A DNA stretch of 41,300 nt from a virus, in IMG/VR virus record IMGVR_UViG_3300037474_000096. One strand, 5' to 3'. This document shows, piece by piece, positions 40,027 through 41,300 of this stretch. Positions within the stretch are counted from its first letter, which is position 1. Each line of letters starts with the position of its first letter. A program made the position numbers and the translations under genes. The notes beneath the pieces were generated by a model. That model saw nothing but the letters and a program-made list of their open reading frames with translations. It was not told the origin of the DNA and searched no databases.

Positions 40027-40056
40027 ACGATAGATCCTAACGATACCTATCGTCAA
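40027..40056 (-). promoter_or_regulatory. Possible promoter plus a cluster of ACGATA half-sites
   Basis: Minus strand: TTGACG (40056-40051), 18 nt, TATCGT (40032-40027). The plus strand shows GACGATAG, AACGATAC and CTATCGTCAAG within 35 bp. Confidence 0.3.
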
Positions 40057-40059
40057 GTC

Positions 40060-40749
40060 CTACGCGGTTCTCCCGGGCAGAATCCAGGTCGCACCCTCGC
40101 GCCCGAGGAGCTGGCCGGCCAGAGCGCCCGGAGTCACCGCCTGATGCGCAACCCCCTGCATTACCCGCTTGCCGGCCAGTGACCACGCCTGGTCCGCGAG
40201 GACCGAGCAGATCGCTTCGGCGGGGAGGCATGCTGTGAACATCTGCCCGGGCCACGGCCCCTTCCGGTGAATCACGGGACTCGCGGGACACGGCTCGCAC
40301 CGCCGGTCGATCCAGCGCTCCAACCGAGGTGTCTTGATCCCCCACTTCCACGCGGCCAGTGCGGCGTAGGACGCGAACGAATAGGGGATCTTCTCACTGA
40401 CGAACAGGCGAGCGATCGCGGCCGCATCCTCCGCTTGGCCGGGGTAGTCCTCCGGCAAGCGTACGTAGGCGTGGCGCGGCGTCCAGTGCGTGGCCGGGGA
40501 CATCTCAATCTCTTCCGCGCCGTGCGGCATGGCCTGGACGAGACGAGGGCCGTCGTTGCGTGAGAGGCGTTCCGTACGCGCCTGCACCACGATGCCGACG
40601 TGCCGGACCTTGAGCGCGCCCACGTCGAACAGCTCACCGAGCATGGCCTGGCCGACGCCCACCGGGAAGATGCCAGGCACGATCCCGCCGATGGGTCCGA
40701 ACATCAGATCACCCGGGCGAAGGTCAGCGAGGCTAGCCGGCAAGGTCAT
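40060..40749 (-). CDS. Permuted papain-fold (NlpC/P60 superfamily, YiiX-like) hydrolase candidate
   Basis: ORF trimmed to the ATG at 40749. It has LRPGDLMFGPIGG and VRHVGIVV (His) ahead of AEAICSVLADQAW (Cys helix), an order typical of permuted members. Confidence 0.45.
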   Translation of the reverse strand: MTLPASLADLRPGDLMFGPIGGIVPGIFPVGVGQAMLGELFDVGALKVRHVGIVVQARTERLSRNDGPRLVQAMPHGAEEIEMSPATHWTPRHAYVRLPEDYPGQAEDAAAIARLFVSEKIPYSFASYAALAAWKWGIKTPRLERWIDRRCEPCPASPVIHRKGPWPGQMFTACLPAEAICSVLADQAWSLAGKRVMQGVAHQAVTPGALAGQLLGREGATWILPGRTA

Positions 40750-40942
40750 CGAACTCCCCCGCCTTGGCCCCGGCCAGGAAGGCGGCGAACTCCTCACGCG
40801 TGAACGCCATCCACTTCGTGCGCCACCTCGAATGACGCACGAGAACATCACTGCTGATGTCGCTGCGCTTGGCCTCCACGCAGTTGTTGCCACCGTTGCC
40901 GTTACTGAAGCTACTCTTACGCCACTCGAACGGGTTCACCAT
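40733..40942 (-). CDS. DUF397 (BldB-like) domain protein
   Basis: MVNPFEWRKSSFSNGNGGNNCVEA...VRHSR...FTREEFAAFLAGAKAGEFD matches the WRKSS.S...GNCVE...F....W.AF...K.GEFD pattern. GAGGAG lies 7 nt upstream. Confidence 0.75.
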   Translation of the reverse strand: MVNPFEWRKSSFSNGNGGNNCVEAKRSDISSDVLVRHSRWRTKWMAFTREEFAAFLAGAKAGEFDDLAG

Positions 40943-41270
40943 GGTCCTGCTCCTCTCCGATGTACTTCGCGTACACCGCCTGCTCTCCGGTGCAGCGGGA
41001 GCGATAGACGGCGTAGAACGCGCCGGCCGGACGCCAGCACTGAATGCGCCCCTCGTTGACAGCGGCGGCCAGCGCGGACGCGCGGGTCTTCGGACCCTCG
41101 AAGATCAGTCCCCACCGGCCGGGATGGGCGGCCAGCGCGAGCGCCACCGCATCCCATTGCGACCCCGCCCGCCGGCCTTGACCGGTCCGAGGGTCCGGGT
41201 TCACCCGATGCGGCGGGCGCGGTTTCTCCCACCGCAGGATTCGCCGCTGGCCGTGGTCTAGCTCGGCCAC
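40917..41270 (-). CDS. Hypothetical protein, 117 aa, paralog of 6239..6535. Its start lies in the terminal repeat
   Basis: The GTG at 41270 (equivalent to position 97) overlaps the stop of the 85..270 gene across the junction. Confidence 0.65.
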   Translation of the reverse strand: MAELDHGQRRILRWEKPRPPHRVNPDPRTGQGRRAGSQWDAVALALAAHPGRWGLIFEGPKTRASALAAAVNEGRIQCWRPAGAFYAVYRSRCTGEQAVYAKYIGEEQDHGEPVRVA

Positions 41271-41300
41271 TGGGGCACCTCTCCGTCGGCCAGCGGACGG
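41174..41300. repeat. Terminal direct repeat, copy 2 (identical to 1-127)
   Basis: See copy 1. Confidence 0.95.

Overview
High-GC (about two-thirds G+C by eye) double-stranded DNA with the layout of a complete siphovirus-type actinobacteriophage genome. Bases 1-127 repeat exactly at 41174-41300. The window is therefore a closed or circularly permuted (or terminally redundant) unit of 41173 unique bp, and a minus-strand operon reads across the junction. There are two divergent arms. The minus arm runs from 8060 leftward, through the junction, to 36848. It carries an SF2 helicase, a PD-(D/E)xK-type exonuclease, a tRNA-like gene, a ParB-like nuclease, a lipoprotein, a DUF397/BldB-like protein and many small paralogous ORFs. 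The plus arm runs 8183-36837. It carries an RHH-like regulator, a prim-pol/RepA-like replicase, an iteron field, RusA, an HTH protein (possible TerS), TerL, portal fused to a MuF-like motif, ClpP-like protease, HK97-type capsid, head-tail genes, two tail-tube-like genes, a G/T chaperone pair with a CCCTTTA -1 slippery site, tape measure, a 1133-aa tail protein, and a lysin plus four small membrane proteins. I recognised no integrase, CRISPR, rRNA or transposase. Three things stand out. First, a minus-strand 61-aa ORF between terminase and portal ends in F-Q-S-A-L, which looks like an FxSxx-COOH RiPP precursor, with no maturase in the window. Second, an about 20-bp ATCGT-N10-ACGA box fused to TTGACA promoters recurs in front of reverse-oriented cassettes, often with leaderless starts. 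Third, there are iteron arrays, a methyltransferase cassette flanked by a duplicated capsid 3-prime end, and several multi-copy paralog families. All calls come from reading the sequence and the ORF track, with no database search, so family names are from memory and need HMM confirmation.
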